Positions 12,240-25,608 of a stretch of 64,000 nucleotides of DNA are shown one piece after another. A program made the translations under genes and the position numbers. Source of the DNA: Eledone cirrhosa (lineage: Eukaryota); NCBI GenBank assembly GCA_964016885.1, contig OZ024741.1:335048001-335112000 (forward strand). Direction: 5' to 3'. Below the pieces are notes generated by a model. The model had not been told where the DNA came from. It did no database searches and saw only the letters and a program-made list of their open reading frames with translations. Position 1 is the stretch's first letter; every line of letters starts with the position of its first letter.

Positions 12240-12365
12240 AAAGGTAAACAAAAATAAAAACACAAATGGTACAGTATGTGTAAGGAATATATTAGTTTAA
12301 TGCTTGAAATAGCAGGAAGAAGGTTTTAAAATTTCAGACGCTAGTCCTTCATCAGAAGAAAGAAT
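12240..12365 (-). mobile_element. Hammerhead-like element family 2
   Basis: Minus strand CTGATGAAG-GAC(TAGC)GTC-TGAAATTTTAAAACC, then a T-rich tail running into (TA)n. Confidence 0.6.
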
Positions 12366-12950
12366 GCTGTATAAAAAAGTGCAGGGCGATAAAAATAGAC
12401 GGTAGCCACGGAGTAGGCAGACCCAGAAAAACCTGGGACGACTTGATAAATTCCGACCTCACACACTTACACCTCTCCAAGACAATGTCACTGGACCGAC
12501 ATCTTTGGCACTACACAGTAATACAGAAGACCCGCCTTGCCTAAGTACAAAGCAAAACCTACAGTCAGTAGGCACCTCTAACAAAATACACCCCCACCCA
12601 CCCCACCCCCGTCCCACAACCCCCACACCATCCACACCACCCCCTTAAATGTGAAGTTATGTTGGTACCACAACATCCAGTCCGAAACAAATGAGGTTGT
12701 GTAGGTGTCACGACAAAAAAACACACAGTTCACGCTGTAATGTGGCCGTGTAGGCAACACGGTAAAAACCTCCCAGACCCACACTGTAAATGCGGTTGGT
12801 GTTAGGAAGGGCATCCAGCCGTAGAAAACCCGCCAGACAGTCCTATACAAGCAGGACAACAAATCTTGCCTCAAGTGGGAAACCTCCCGTCCAAACCTAT
12901 GAAAGCATGGAAGATGGACGTTAAACTATGATGATGATGATGATGATGAT
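12366..12950 (+). mobile_element. RTE 3' fragment (ORF end plus 3' UTR)
   Basis: Matches 47785-48345 (GRPRKTWD...), with a (GAT)n tail. Confidence 0.9.
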
Positions 12951-13274
12951 TGAAGGGACAGACAAGGTGTAATCGGAAAATTTTTTTTAGATGAATATAG
13001 CGGGTCCATTCATGTTGCCATCTATTGGAACATATATATATTTATATGTGTGTGTGTGTATATATATGTATATGTATGTATTATTATATAAACTACAATC
13101 ATCACTCACAATCAAATATGACTTGGTTGTATATATCATGTTTTCACTAAGAGTTATAGGTGGCCATGCAATCACGACCAAACTCAGACACCCCTCTGGA
13201 TTCCCCTGCCCATTATCGAATGAAACATCCATCTTATGACAATTGCAAGGATATAGGGCTACACCAACATTATG

Positions 13275-14022
13275 TTGGTAGTTCCTGGACATGGATACAT
13301 TGAAACTCCGGCGTCTGGCAACTGACTTGGTAGATACCCACAAAATTATCAACCATCTTGCCAACAACAACCCTGAGCACCATTTTGAATTCCATGTGTC
13401 TAACACACGTGGTTATGCCTACAAAATCAGAAAACAGCACAGCTCCCATGACTTTCGGAAACATTTTTTCACGCTCAGAGTTGCTGAAGCATGGAACAAA
13501 CTACCTGCATCAGTTGTTAGCTGCCGAGACACTGCATCCTTTAAAACCTCCATGCTACCTGAAATTCGCCAACACTACACCTGATATCCCCCTCCATACA
13601 CACGCACACATGTATATCATGACTCATACACTATTCACTTCCCTGACATTTGAATATTATTCTAAGGGTGGTGGATTGGCAGTATCGGAAGAGAGTCATT
13701 ACGGGCTCGATAAAATAAAGTACCAGTAATGCACTGGGTAATTGCTGGCCTTGTGCCTAAAGTAGAAACAAGTATCGGAAGAGAGTCAGACACCATACTT
13801 TCCAGCATAGTTACGTCCATTTACGGACTGAGTTCAAATCCCGCCGAGGTTAACTTTGCCTTTCATCCTTTCGGGGTTGATAAAATAGAGTACCAGTAAT
13901 GTAATGGGTAATTGCTGGTCTTGTGCCAAAAGTAGAAACAATTATTCTATGTACTATACATGCACCTTTGATGAGTTGTAGTGCACCTGAGCACTGTACA
14001 CAATAATTTCATTATTATTATT
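13275..14022 (+). mobile_element. CR1-clade LINE 3' fragment, interrupted by a SINE A at 13665-13945
   Basis: ORF 13291..13584 reads LKLRRLATDL...TRGYAYKI...RKHFFTLRVAEAWNKLPASVV...SFK, the typical CR1 ORF2 C-terminus; (ATT)n tail near 14010. Confidence 0.8.
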
Positions 14023-14874
14023 ATAGACCCTGAAAGGATGAAAGGCAAAGTGTGCCCTTAGTAAGGTTTGAACTTAGAATGTAGGGACCCAGAACAAATA
14101 TCCAGTGTTCTAATAACTTAATGTTTAATGTGTGTTTGCTTCAGTATGAATGTGTGCCAGTATGCATGTTTCTGTATGTATGTGTGTGTTTCTGTATGTG
14201 TGCCAGTTTGTTTGTTTCTGTATGCATGTGTGTTTCTGTTTAAGTGTGTCAGTGTGTGCATTTCTGTATGTATGAGTGTGTGAGTTTCTCTATGTGTGTT
14301 TGTTTTTATGAATGCATGTCATTCTGTATGTGTGTGTTTATGTTTCTCTATGAGAATGTGTGTGTGTGTGTGTATGTGTGTGTGTGTGTGTGTGTGTGCA
14401 ATAAGGCTGTCATGCACCTGCATCTGCGATGGAGTCATTTCTACCAATGATTTGCAATAATCTGCATTATACTGTGCAAGTAAGCCTGGTACACTACACT
14501 TGGCTCAGAAATTGCCTATAACCTGACACACACACACACATATATATATATATACATACAGATACATACGTAGATACATACACATACATATACATGTACA
14601 TAGATACATACACAAAGACATACAGATACTTACATATACAGATACATACACACACATATATACATACACACACAATTAATCTAACCATTGAGTATGCACT
14701 GCTTAGCAATAAGTAAATTGATGTATGTATAGAGTTTGTGAGAGCAATAAGCATAGAGCTAATATAAAGAGACATGTATACAGGGGATCTCTCTCATTCA
14801 GCCATGAATATCTCTATATAATGTGCACAGATGCCCACATGCAAATATTAGCATATATTTATCTAGAGAAGCAT

Positions 14875-16024
14875 ATATATTTATCTACATGTGTGCCTGT
14901 GTATATATGTATTGTGTATATATATGTATATATATATTTATCTACATCTGTGCCTGTGTATATGTATTGGGTATATATATGTATATATATATTTATCTAC
15001 ATGTGTGCCTGTGTATATATGTATTGTGTATATATATGTATATATATATTTATCTACATGTGTGTCTGTGTATATGTATTGTGTATATATATGTATATAT
15101 ATATATTTATCTACATGTGTGTCTGTGTATATGTATTGTGTATATATATGTATATATATATTTATCTACATGTGTGTCTGTGTATATGTATTGTGTATAT
15201 ATATGTATATATATATTTATCTACATGTGTGTCTGTGTATATATGTATTGTGTATATATATGTATATATATATTTATCTACATGTGTGTCTGTGTATATG
15301 TATTGTGTATATATATGTATATATATATTTATCTACATGTGTGCCTGTGTATATGTATTGTGTATATATATGTATATATATATTTATCTACATGTGTGCC
15401 TGTGTATATATGTATTGTGTATATATATGTATATATATATTTATCTACATGTGTGTCTGTGTATATGTATTGTGTATATATATGTATATATATATTTATC
15501 TACATGTGTATCTGTGTATATGTATTGTGTATATATATGTATATATATATTTATCTACATGTGTGCCTGTGTATATGTATTGTGTATATATATGTATATA
15601 TATATTTATCTACATGTGTGTCTGTGTATATGTATTGTGTATATATATGTATATATATATTTATCTACATGTGTATCTGTGTATATGTATTGTGTATATA
15701 TATGTATATATATATTTATCTACATGTGTGTCTGTGTATATGTATTGTGTATATATATGTATATATATATTTATCTACATGTGTGCCTGTGTATATGTAT
15801 TGTGTATATATATGTATATATATATTTATCTACATGTGTGCCTGTGTATATGTATTGTGTATATATATATGTATATATATATTTATCTACATATGTTCCT
15901 GTGTATATGTATTGTGTATATATATATGTATATATATATTTATCTACATGTGTGCCTGTGTATATGTATTGTGTATATATATGTATATATATATTTATCT
16001 ACATGTGTGCCTGTATATATGTGT

Positions 16025-16030
<6 letters not shown>
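14875..16030. repeat. ~56-bp minisatellite (TATTTATCTACATGTGTGCCTGTGTATATGTATTGTGTATATATATG...), about 20 copies; further copies at 16670-16920
   Basis: Direct reading; generates the 479-596 aa pseudo-ORFs. Confidence 0.95.
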
Positions 16031-16072
<42 letters not shown>

Positions 16073-16103
16073 CATATATATATATATACACATATATATA
16101 TAC

Positions 16104-16134
<31 letters not shown>

Positions 16135-16167
16135 CATATATATATATGTATATATACATATATATAC

Positions 16168-16222
<55 letters not shown>

Positions 16223-16223
16223 C

Positions 16224-16275
<52 letters not shown>

Positions 16276-16365
16276 GTATATATACATATATATATATTGT
16301 TATACTTTGGGAGGGTCATGTTGCCAATAATAAAGAATCTTGCTAAACAAATTCAGAAACGAAAC

Positions 16366-16396
<31 letters not shown>

Positions 16397-16409
16397 TATG
16401 TATATATAC

Positions 16410-16441
<32 letters not shown>

Positions 16442-16768
16442 GTATATATATTCAATCACATTTTTTTATTTGTTCGACCCGAATTACTTGGTCGTTTCTA
16501 TGGCTGTGTGGATGACGGTTTAACCATCGTCTCAGTGTGTTTGGCCTTTAACGTATGTTGTAGCTCTGGTTCATCAGAATCATTGAGCACTTGCCACACA
16601 TCTCGGAAGTTGTTTTTCGCTAATTCCAAAGCTGAAATACAATTCTCGCTAATTTATATTTATATATGTATATATGTATTTATCTGCATGTGTGCCTGTA
16701 TATATGTATTGTGTATATATATGTATATATATATTTATCTACATGTGTGCCTGTATATATGTATTGTG

Positions 16769-16805
<37 letters not shown>

Positions 16806-16835
16806 TTATCTGCATGTATGCCTGTATATATGTAT

Positions 16836-16870
<35 letters not shown>

Positions 16871-17027
16871 TTATCTACATGTGTGACTGTATATATGTAT
16901 TGTGTGTATATATATATATATATGTATATACACATACACACATCCATAAGAGTGTATATATGTGTATCTCGCACTATATATTTATGTACCTGTTTGCATG
17001 TATATGTTTATTGTATAAATACATATA

Positions 17028-17133
<106 letters not shown>

Positions 17134-17378
17134 CACCTCCATAAGAGTGTGTATATGTATGTGTTTCTCTATCTATATAAGATATGTATCAGCAATAATG
17201 ACATTATATATATGTATATATATATGTGTGTACGTCATATATTAATGTGTGTATAATCCTTATACCAATAAAATGATTATATGTGTGAGGTGTATTAAAT
17301 GTGATAATGCATAATATTTAATGCTTATAGCAATATATTTCTCTTCCTCTCCCTCACCATTTAATATGTATGTATATA

Positions 17379-17410
<32 letters not shown>

Positions 17411-17498
17411 TGTGTGTATGTATGTTTGTATAATTATATATATATATATACACACACATATATATGTGCGTGTGTGTATATATATATATATGTGTGTG

Positions 17499-17568
<70 letters not shown>

Positions 17569-18013
17569 CACGCATGCTCATATATACACACATATGTATA
17601 TAAACATTCATTACACATAGATATATAATATAATCTATATTCACCTGAGGTATTAGTAGCATATATGATTTCTTATAAGTGTAAGATCATGTATGTGTGT
17701 ACACATAATGGATATTTTCCCAATACACTGATATATAGAAACCAGTAATTACTGTGGGAGGAGCAGTTGTTTACTAAAACGTAATAATCTCAGTGAAAGA
17801 GTTTCAATTCCCACCTGTTTACCTGTTGACAATCTAAGATTGCAGTCCAATTATTTTGCTGCTAATGTCCATGGGAAAGGTAAGAAGATTGAATCACCAT
17901 TGGAATTTACTGAAGCAAACTGTTCTCATAAATATGTATTTCCTAACTTAGTTTAACAATACTGAGATCAATCTCTCCCTTATCTACTAGGCTTGAATTT
18001 GTTGCTAATGTTG

Positions 18014-18433
18014 TACAAGAGTTGGTTGAAAGGTTCACAGGCTGACCAAGATACTCTCATGGAATGACCTGATGAGTCTTATTTTTCAACAGTCCCTGGA
18101 AAGAAACAATGCAGTTATTATTAATAAGAAGAGGGGATTGGCAGTCTCAGTAGAGCGCCGTACACCATGCTTCATGACATAGAGTTACGGCCCTTTGCAT
18201 TCTGAGTTCAAATCTCACTGAAGTTAGCTTTGCCTTTCATCCTTATGGGGTCGATAGATAAAGCACCAGTAATGCACTGGGATTGATTTAATCGACTTTC
18301 CCTCTCCCCTTCAAATTGCTGGCCTTGTGCCTAAAGTAGAAACAATTATTAATAAAAAGAGTTGAAATTAAGGCATGCAAGATTTTAAAACTCTAGCATC
18401 AGTCCTTTATGAACTTTTCAGCTTACCTGCCTA
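18014..18433. mobile_element. Mariner-type MITE with a nested SINE A (about 18130-18350)
   Basis: Matches the uninterrupted copy at 48509-48708; TTATTAATAA(G/A)AAGA is duplicated around the SINE. Confidence 0.75.
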
Positions 18434-19124
18434 TAAATCTCCCAACAAAGGTCGGCCAAAATTGAGTGAATCTGTGATTAAAGAAGCTACTTGACCATTT
18501 CATCCCATCTTTTTCAGATACATTGTGTTTAGGGGTTGACACTTTAACTCTTTTCACACCAAACCACATAAAACTCTCCCTGATTCTATAATAGAAAACT
18601 GTTTTAAAGTGTTTGTACTTTTCAAAAAGATGGCAAATTGACAGTCATTAGAATGTTGGATAGAGTGCTTTGTGGTATTCATTCAGGCTCTCTGCTCTCT
18701 CAGTTCAAATCCCACCAAAGTCAACTTTGTCTTTCATCCATTTGTGGTCGATAAAAAAGTACCAGTCTCACTTTCTTCCTCTCATACTCTCTATCCTTCT
18801 CTGGCAGAAATCTGCTGTGCTGGAGAGAAGGGGCTCTGCCAGGCTTAAAAAGGTATCCAAGAATTGGCTTATATCACTAGGGCACCCCTACATCTCAATT
18901 AAGATTTACAGGATTGTACCATATAATAATTGTCAAAACTACTTATGTACCTAACAGCAACTTAATAATGAGAAAGTTAGTTATATTACTAAATCCTTCC
19001 AGATTCTTGATTATTTTCAATATACCAATGAAAACTTTACTGTCTCTTTCTTTTTAACTCTTTTGATGCCAACCTGACCAAAAACGGCTTTGATGCTATG
19101 AAACAAATCCACCCATTTTAAAGT

Positions 19125-19400
19125 CTAAAGTCTGTCTCAAGCACAGAGGCTACCAGGCTGGTTCTTATTTTGGTTTCCATGGCGTTAAGTGATTGAGAGT
19201 ACAATACTTCCCTCTGGACAGGACACCAGTCCATTGCAGGGTTAAACACTCACCTACAGCTGATACTCATTTTCAGCTGAGAATACTGGAGCAAAATGAA
19301 ATGAATTGTTGTGCTCAAGAACACAACTAATGACCCAGTCAAGGAATCAAACCCACGACATTATATTTGTAAGCCGAACACACTTTCCACTGGGTCATAC
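19125..19400 (-). mobile_element. SINE family B copy
   Basis: tRNA-like head, CORE-like GTGTTCTTGAGCA block and V-domain-like ATGGACTGGTGTCCTGTCCAG. Other copies at 21300-21580(-), 36930-37210(+), 40597-40880(-). Domain names are from resemblance only. Confidence 0.75.
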
Positions 19401-20426
19401 ATCATTTTAAAGGGATCCTCTTTAAATTAAGTATTTCAATATCATTTTACTTAAGAACTGCATGTTATGTTGCTATTTTAATAATGAAACAATAAATATT
19501 TTTATGAAAATTTTTCATTAATTAGAAACATGGTCACAAAAATATCAGTAGTTGGCCAAGTCACTCAATAAATTTTCTTGCAAGATTTCTTCCACTTTTC
19601 TACATTCTGATTTCAAACCTTGCCATGGCCAACAATGTCATACATCCTTTTGGGGTTGATAAAGTACCAGAGCAGTGCCACCACTATCACCACCTTACTA
19701 TGCCCATCACCACTTTATATATAGTGAATTTTCTTCTTCTTCTTCTTCTTCTTCTTCTTCTTCTTCTTCTTCTTCTTCTTCTTCTTCTTCTTCTTCTAAA
19801 TGTGTGTGAAAGAAAGGCTTCTTCCTAATATATGTATAGATATCAATATACATGTATATACATATATACATACATGTATACACAGCCAAGCTTCCTTCAT
19901 TCATTGTGTCATATGTACAGCAGTGATATATATAGATATAGATATATAAAATATACAAGCATGCATACAAATGAGCTGGGATATATACATAAATGTATGG
20001 CTTCAGACAAGACAGCAATCCTCCCTTGTTGGCTTCTGATGAAGATATATATATTTATATATTCATTTGGAAAAATGTCTAACATCTTAGACCTATCAAA
20101 ATGGTCATAAGAGATTGTGTTCACAGTAGTCCTCTGAGAGTACAGCAAAGATATGCAGGCAATTATGTATTTATGTATATGTATGTATACTTACTATTGC
20201 ATGTATTTATACATACACATGTGCATACATATAGCATTATATGTATGTACATATAATGCTATATGTAAACACGTGTGTTCATGTGTATGTTTAGTTATAT
20301 GATATACATACACACACACAAATACACACACATACATTCATACATACGTACATGTATATGTGTGTGGGTGTATGTGGACATGTAAATATGTATGCATAAA
20401 TGTGTGCATTTATATATGTGTATTTG

Positions 20427-20458
<32 letters not shown>

Positions 20459-20502
20459 CATGTATGTATGTACGTATATCCAAGTATGTATGTACGTGTG
20501 TA

Positions 20503-20541
<39 letters not shown>

Positions 20542-21299
20542 CATTTATGCCATTAAAGATACATACACATGTATATATATATATGTGTGTGTGTATGTAT
20601 CTACATATATGTATGTCTGTGTGTCCATATCTACCTGTATGTACGTGTGTGTATATATATATATATATATACATGTGTGTACATGTATATGTATGTTTAA
20701 TGGCATAAATGTTATATACTGTTGTCTTTTAAGTTTATCATAACCAAAACTTTTTCCATATTTTGGACACAAATTTTTGCATGTCACTTTAAGAATTTCT
20801 CTCACACCCTGTCAAAATATGACAGTGTATAAAGAGCATTGGGATATCATTGAGTCCAGATATTGAATAAACTCTACAGAAGCCCATCATGTGTGTGTGA
20901 ATGCATGTATATATATGTATGTGACTGCATGTGTATAAATGTACATGAATGCATGTGTATATAATATATGTATGGGAGTGTATGTGTAAATATGTATGCG
21001 AGTGCATATGTGTATGTGAGTGTATGTATATATATATATGTGTTTGAGAGCATGTGTACATATGAATGTGAGTGCATGTGTATATATGTATGTGATTGCA
21101 TGCACAAATTCTTGCATGTCTGTCATTTACAGATGCAAATATCAGCATAAAACCTAAAAAATATTGGTGCTCTTCAAACAAATTACTTTGCAGTATTTGT
21201 TTTGCACTACATTACAGGTACTCCCTTGTTAAAAATGCCCTGAACCAGTGATTGGGGTCTGTTGGAAACCTGTAAGCAATAACAATTATAAAAAGTTTG

Positions 21300-21580
21300 G
21301 AGTCTGTCTTAACCCTGGAGGTTCATCAAGTCAGTGTCGATCCCAGTTTCCCTGGTGTTAAGCCACTGATTGTACAAGACTCCCCCCTGGACATTATACC
21401 AGTCCGCCGTCGCAGGGTTAAATCTCCAGCTACTACTAGTATTGAATTTCAGCTGAGTATACTGTAGCAATGTGAAATAAAGGGTTTTGCTCAAGAACAC
21501 AACAAACAACCCAGTCTAGGAATCAAACCTACAACATTATGACCGTAAGTCCAACACCCTAACCACTCAGCCTCTCACCT
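21300..21580 (-). mobile_element. SINE family B copy
   Basis: Homologous to 36930-37210. Confidence 0.75.
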
Positions 21581-22014
21581 TCACCAATAACAATATTATT
21601 CATTAATTGTGGTATAATATAAAACATAAATTAAAACCTAAAACTGGTCTATTTTTGGTATATGAGGTCTTTGTAGGCAGCAGTGTTTGGCAAATTGGGA
21701 GAGTCATTATAACATTGGATAGAAAGCTTTGCAGCATTCATTCTAGCTCGCTGCACTTGGGTTTTCATTGTTTTCAGATTGGTATCAGAAGGATTCAATA
21801 TATGAAAAAGAACATGGCTTTGCTAAACTTTTATGAAACAGATAAAGACAGTTTTCTAACCATTTCCTGATCATATTTCTCATGAAACACACTACATATG
21901 TGCTGCAATTACTGTATTTTTGTTTTGGTATTTATGACATACTTTTTTAACTAAAAATCTGCGTGCACCCCATACACTGAACGGATGAAGCTAATAATAA
22001 TAATTAAAAAATGA

Positions 22015-22405
22015 TAATAATTGTTTCTACTTTTGGCACAATGCCAGCAATTACCCCAGTGCTTTACTGTTGCTTTATTTTATCGACCCCGTAAGGATGA
22101 AAGGCACAGCTAACCGTGGCAGGATTTGAACTCAAAATGTAAACAGCCATAACTCTATGCTGCAAAGCATAGTGTCTGATGCTCAACCGATACTGCCAAT
22201 AATAATAATAGTGGTTTCTGATTGAGGCTCAGGGCCAAACATTTTTTTAGGGAGGGAAAAGTCAATTAAATCAACCCCAGTGCGTGACTGGTACTTTATT
22301 TTATCGATCCCGTAAGGATGAAAGGCAAAGCAAACCTTGGCAGGATTTGAACTTAGAACACAAAGAACCATGCCATAACTTTATGCCGCAAAGCATGTTG
22401 TCCAA
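22015..22405 (-). mobile_element. Two tandem SINE family A copies
   Basis: Two TTTATCGA...AGGATGAAAGGC...GGATTTGAACT blocks. Confidence 0.8.
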
Positions 22406-23499
22406 TAATAATAATTCAGAAAATAGTACTCATATCCTACAATAATACTGTCTATGTAACTCCAAAACATTTTTTTACTCATTGAAAGCACTGTTAAAAG
22501 TATGTAATAGCAAATATCGTACTACCATTTTAGCACCAAACAACTACTTTTTAACAACCTTTTAATTTTTCATTTGTTTTGACAGACATTTTCTAGAAAA
22601 ATACTTTTGTACCCAAGGCATACAATTAAAACATAAATTCCTGTCACCGAACTACATTCTTCCCCCAAAACATGGCAATTATCAACAATCTTAGTCATAA
22701 TGCCTACTTAAACTTATAACTTGCTGTCTTTTGAGGTTTCTGGGTGAGACTTGAAGTCAGCTCATACAAACACAAAGCAAAATCCACACATCAAGATAAC
22801 AATAATAATGCTAGGGTGTTAATGGCACTTATTCTCTTGATGCATCCCTTTATTTTTATATATTTTCCTTCATTGTGGCTTCTTCATTAATCCTAAGGTA
22901 CTTCTAGACACCCTCCTGACCTTGGTCTTTCATTACTGCAAATGTTTCAAGCATGATGTATTCATTATTTTTTCATTACCCTTCTATTTTTAAACTTGGT
23001 TTTCACATAATTATCCATGCTAAATCCCTTACTAATGTCATGTATGAATCTCTTCACTGTTTTTAAGAGTCCTTGGAGTTCTTTTTCATTCCTCTCATAG
23101 ACTTTCAAATTCTCCATGTCAAATAAATACGTGATTTTCCTTAGTAATAATCATTGTTTTTTTTGTTTTTTTTTGCACAAAGCCTGCAATTTGAAGGGAA
23201 GAGGAAAGTTAACGAAGGGCTAAGCTAACCTTGGCACTATTTGAACTTAGAACATAAAGGGCCATAACTATATGCTTCAAATTATGTTGTCCAATGTTCT
23301 ACCGGTACTGCCAATCCAGTGCCCTTCCTTAGTAATAATAATAATAATCTATAGCAAACAACACACCTTGGAATTGCCAGGATACACAAAAAAGTGATTG
23401 GCAAGTGAAGGTGCCACCTTAGTCCACTGATTGTGGACAGCTGGTATCAGAATTATATGTCTAGCAACAAATGTTCTGCAACAAGTAGATAATAATAAT

Positions 23500-23700
23500 A
23501 ATTGTTTCTACTTTTGGCACCAGGCCAGCAGTTTTGGGGGTAGGGAAAATTCGATTAAATCAACTCCAGTGCCATACTGGTGCTTTATTTTATTGATCCC
23601 ACAAGGATGAAAAGCAAAGCTAACCTCTGCAGGATTCGAACCTATGCTGCAAAGCATGATGTCTGATGCTCTACCGTACTGCCAATCCACCACCCTAATA
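23500..23700 (-). mobile_element. SINE family A copy
   Basis: Same conserved blocks as the other family A copies. Confidence 0.8.
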
Positions 23701-23714
23701 ATAATAACAATAAT

Positions 23715-23985
23715 AAGAGAGATCACAGCTCTGATATTACAGGCATGTGGTTAGAATGTTTCAGGAAAGAACCGCTGGACAGATTTTACAGGCAAAACCA
23801 ATCAACGGGGGACCCAGGGATAGACCCCGAGCAAGATGGATAACATCCATGAGCTTGGCTGGTCTCACTTGGGGATCCAGCCAGATCAGTTTGAGATTGT
23901 TGCTTTTGACAGGACACACTGGAATGATTGTTTGAGGACTCTGCCCCCACAACCCTCTCATGTATAAGTGGGCAAAAAAGATGCA
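23715..23985 (+). mobile_element. RTE-clade LINE 3' coding fragment (second family); inverted partial copy at 24125-24240
   Basis: QL*YYRHVVRM...QILQAKP...PRDRPRARW matches the RTE C-terminal WxGHVxRM...RPRGRPRxRW pattern. Confidence 0.7.
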
Positions 23986-25404
23986 TCTATGTATACTATA
24001 TACAAGCTATGTAGAAGTATAGCTGTGTATATTTAAGTAGGCATGCATAGTTTAGTTTATTATAACCTCTAACTGATACCAATATTGATATTTCTTATTT
24101 TTTGCCCACATATTCCTAAGTGTTAAGGGGTCAGAGTCCTCAAACACATCTTCGAGTGGGTCCTGTCAGAAGCAAACATCTCCAATTGATCCAGCTGGAT
24201 CCCCGAGTGAGAGCAGCCAAGCTCATGGATGTTATCCAACACTATTGATATTTTGCTTCTAAAAACCTTGTCATTCGAAATGAGAGAGCATCTAATACCA
24301 AACAATAATTTTGAAGTTAATTAAAAATTTGGAGAAAGTCAGTCAAATTGTTAACTTTGTCATTATTAATTTGGTTTGGGGAAATAATGGTTAGTGTATT
24401 GCACTGATGATCATAAGATTATGGGTTCTATTCCTGGAATGAGTAACATATTAACCTCTACATGTTAGCGTATATCTTTAAACATGTATTCCAGATGGAA
24501 CATATTTCATCTCTAAACCTGAACACCAATTTCTTCCAGAGAAAGAGAAAGTGAGAGAGAAGTCATGAAAAAAAGAGATACGTAGGGAAAGAATTGACCT
24601 CAGTATTAGACTGGTACATTTTTATTGATCTTGAAAGGAGGAAAGGCAATGTTTACCTTAGTGGAATTTGAACTCAGAAACTGCAGAGAACCAGAACAAA
24701 TATCACAAAGCATTTTTCCAATTCTATCTAATGCCTCAGTGAGTTCTTGGCACCTGGAATATATGCAAGGTCACTAACTTTTTAATAACTACTTCCCTTG
24801 ATATATAACAATGCTCTTTTGACACAAATGTGACTGGCATCCCAACTCCTTGTCTAGATTGTTAAAAAATGGTTTCTTCTTTCTCATTCTTCTGTCAAGC
24901 CATATTTCTTTAATACAATTCAATTTCAATATTTCATTCGTCGCTATTGTTTAATTTTTTTCTCTCCATTTCGCTTCCAGATCTAAACATTGGCAGTCAC
25001 ACTTCCAACTGCTGTGTTATATAGTTGATACCTCTTTACAGGTAACCTCCAGTTACTATCAATTCTTTATATCACCTCAAATGACTTACCTCATCATACC
25101 TTCCTCTTCTCCTCCTTCTGTAGTGTAACTTCTAATTGATATCGTTCATGTGTCAACCACACCCAACCAACAATATATCCTTTTTTGCTCTTTCTTTTTT
25201 CTTTTTATTCCATTACTATTGATATATCTCTCTTTAAGCAGTTTTACTTATATCTGCTTTCCTTTTCTTATAAATGTGTGTGTGAGAATGTTGTGTATGT
25301 GGTGTGGTATGGTATGTGTGTGGTATATGTGTATGTATATGCCTTTGTCTATGGCTGTGTCTTCCTCCCCCCCCCCCCCCTCGCTGATCTATATATATAT
25401 ATAT

Positions 25405-25446
<42 letters not shown>

Positions 25447-25525
25447 AGATAAGCAGAACAAGCAAAATTCAAACAATTTTTTTAAATAAATTAAAAAATA
25501 TAATTTAAATATTTACCTACTCCAG

Positions 25526-25608
25526 TGCTTTTACCGATCGGTTTCACTTCACAAAACATTAGAAATCCATGGGACCTCCAATTGAAAAATGAAGATCATC
25601 AGAGAGCA
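25526..25608 (-). ncRNA. Type I hammerhead ribozyme (predicted), single copy inside a ~420-bp insert (25445-25860) in (TA)n
   Basis: TGCTCT-CTGATGA-T-CTTCA(loop)TGAAG-T-GAAA-CCGATCGG-TA^AAAGCA, with perfect palindromic stem III ACCGATCGGT. Confidence 0.75.

Noticed and set aside
16455-16660. CTGATGA on the minus strand of an insert in (TA)n
   Set aside because: No compatible stems; the sequence looks more like a decayed coding fragment of unknown origin.
20020-20080. CTGATGAAG...GGAAA possible hammerhead (also CTGATGACC at ~5195 and CTGAGAAG at ~4794)
   Set aside because: Stems I and III could not be formed, or the motif is cut by (TA)n; too degenerate to call.
24125-24260. Ser-rich open frame resembling a protocadherin cytoplasmic exon
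   Set aside because: It is the antisense reading of an RTE fragment homologous to 23830-23950.
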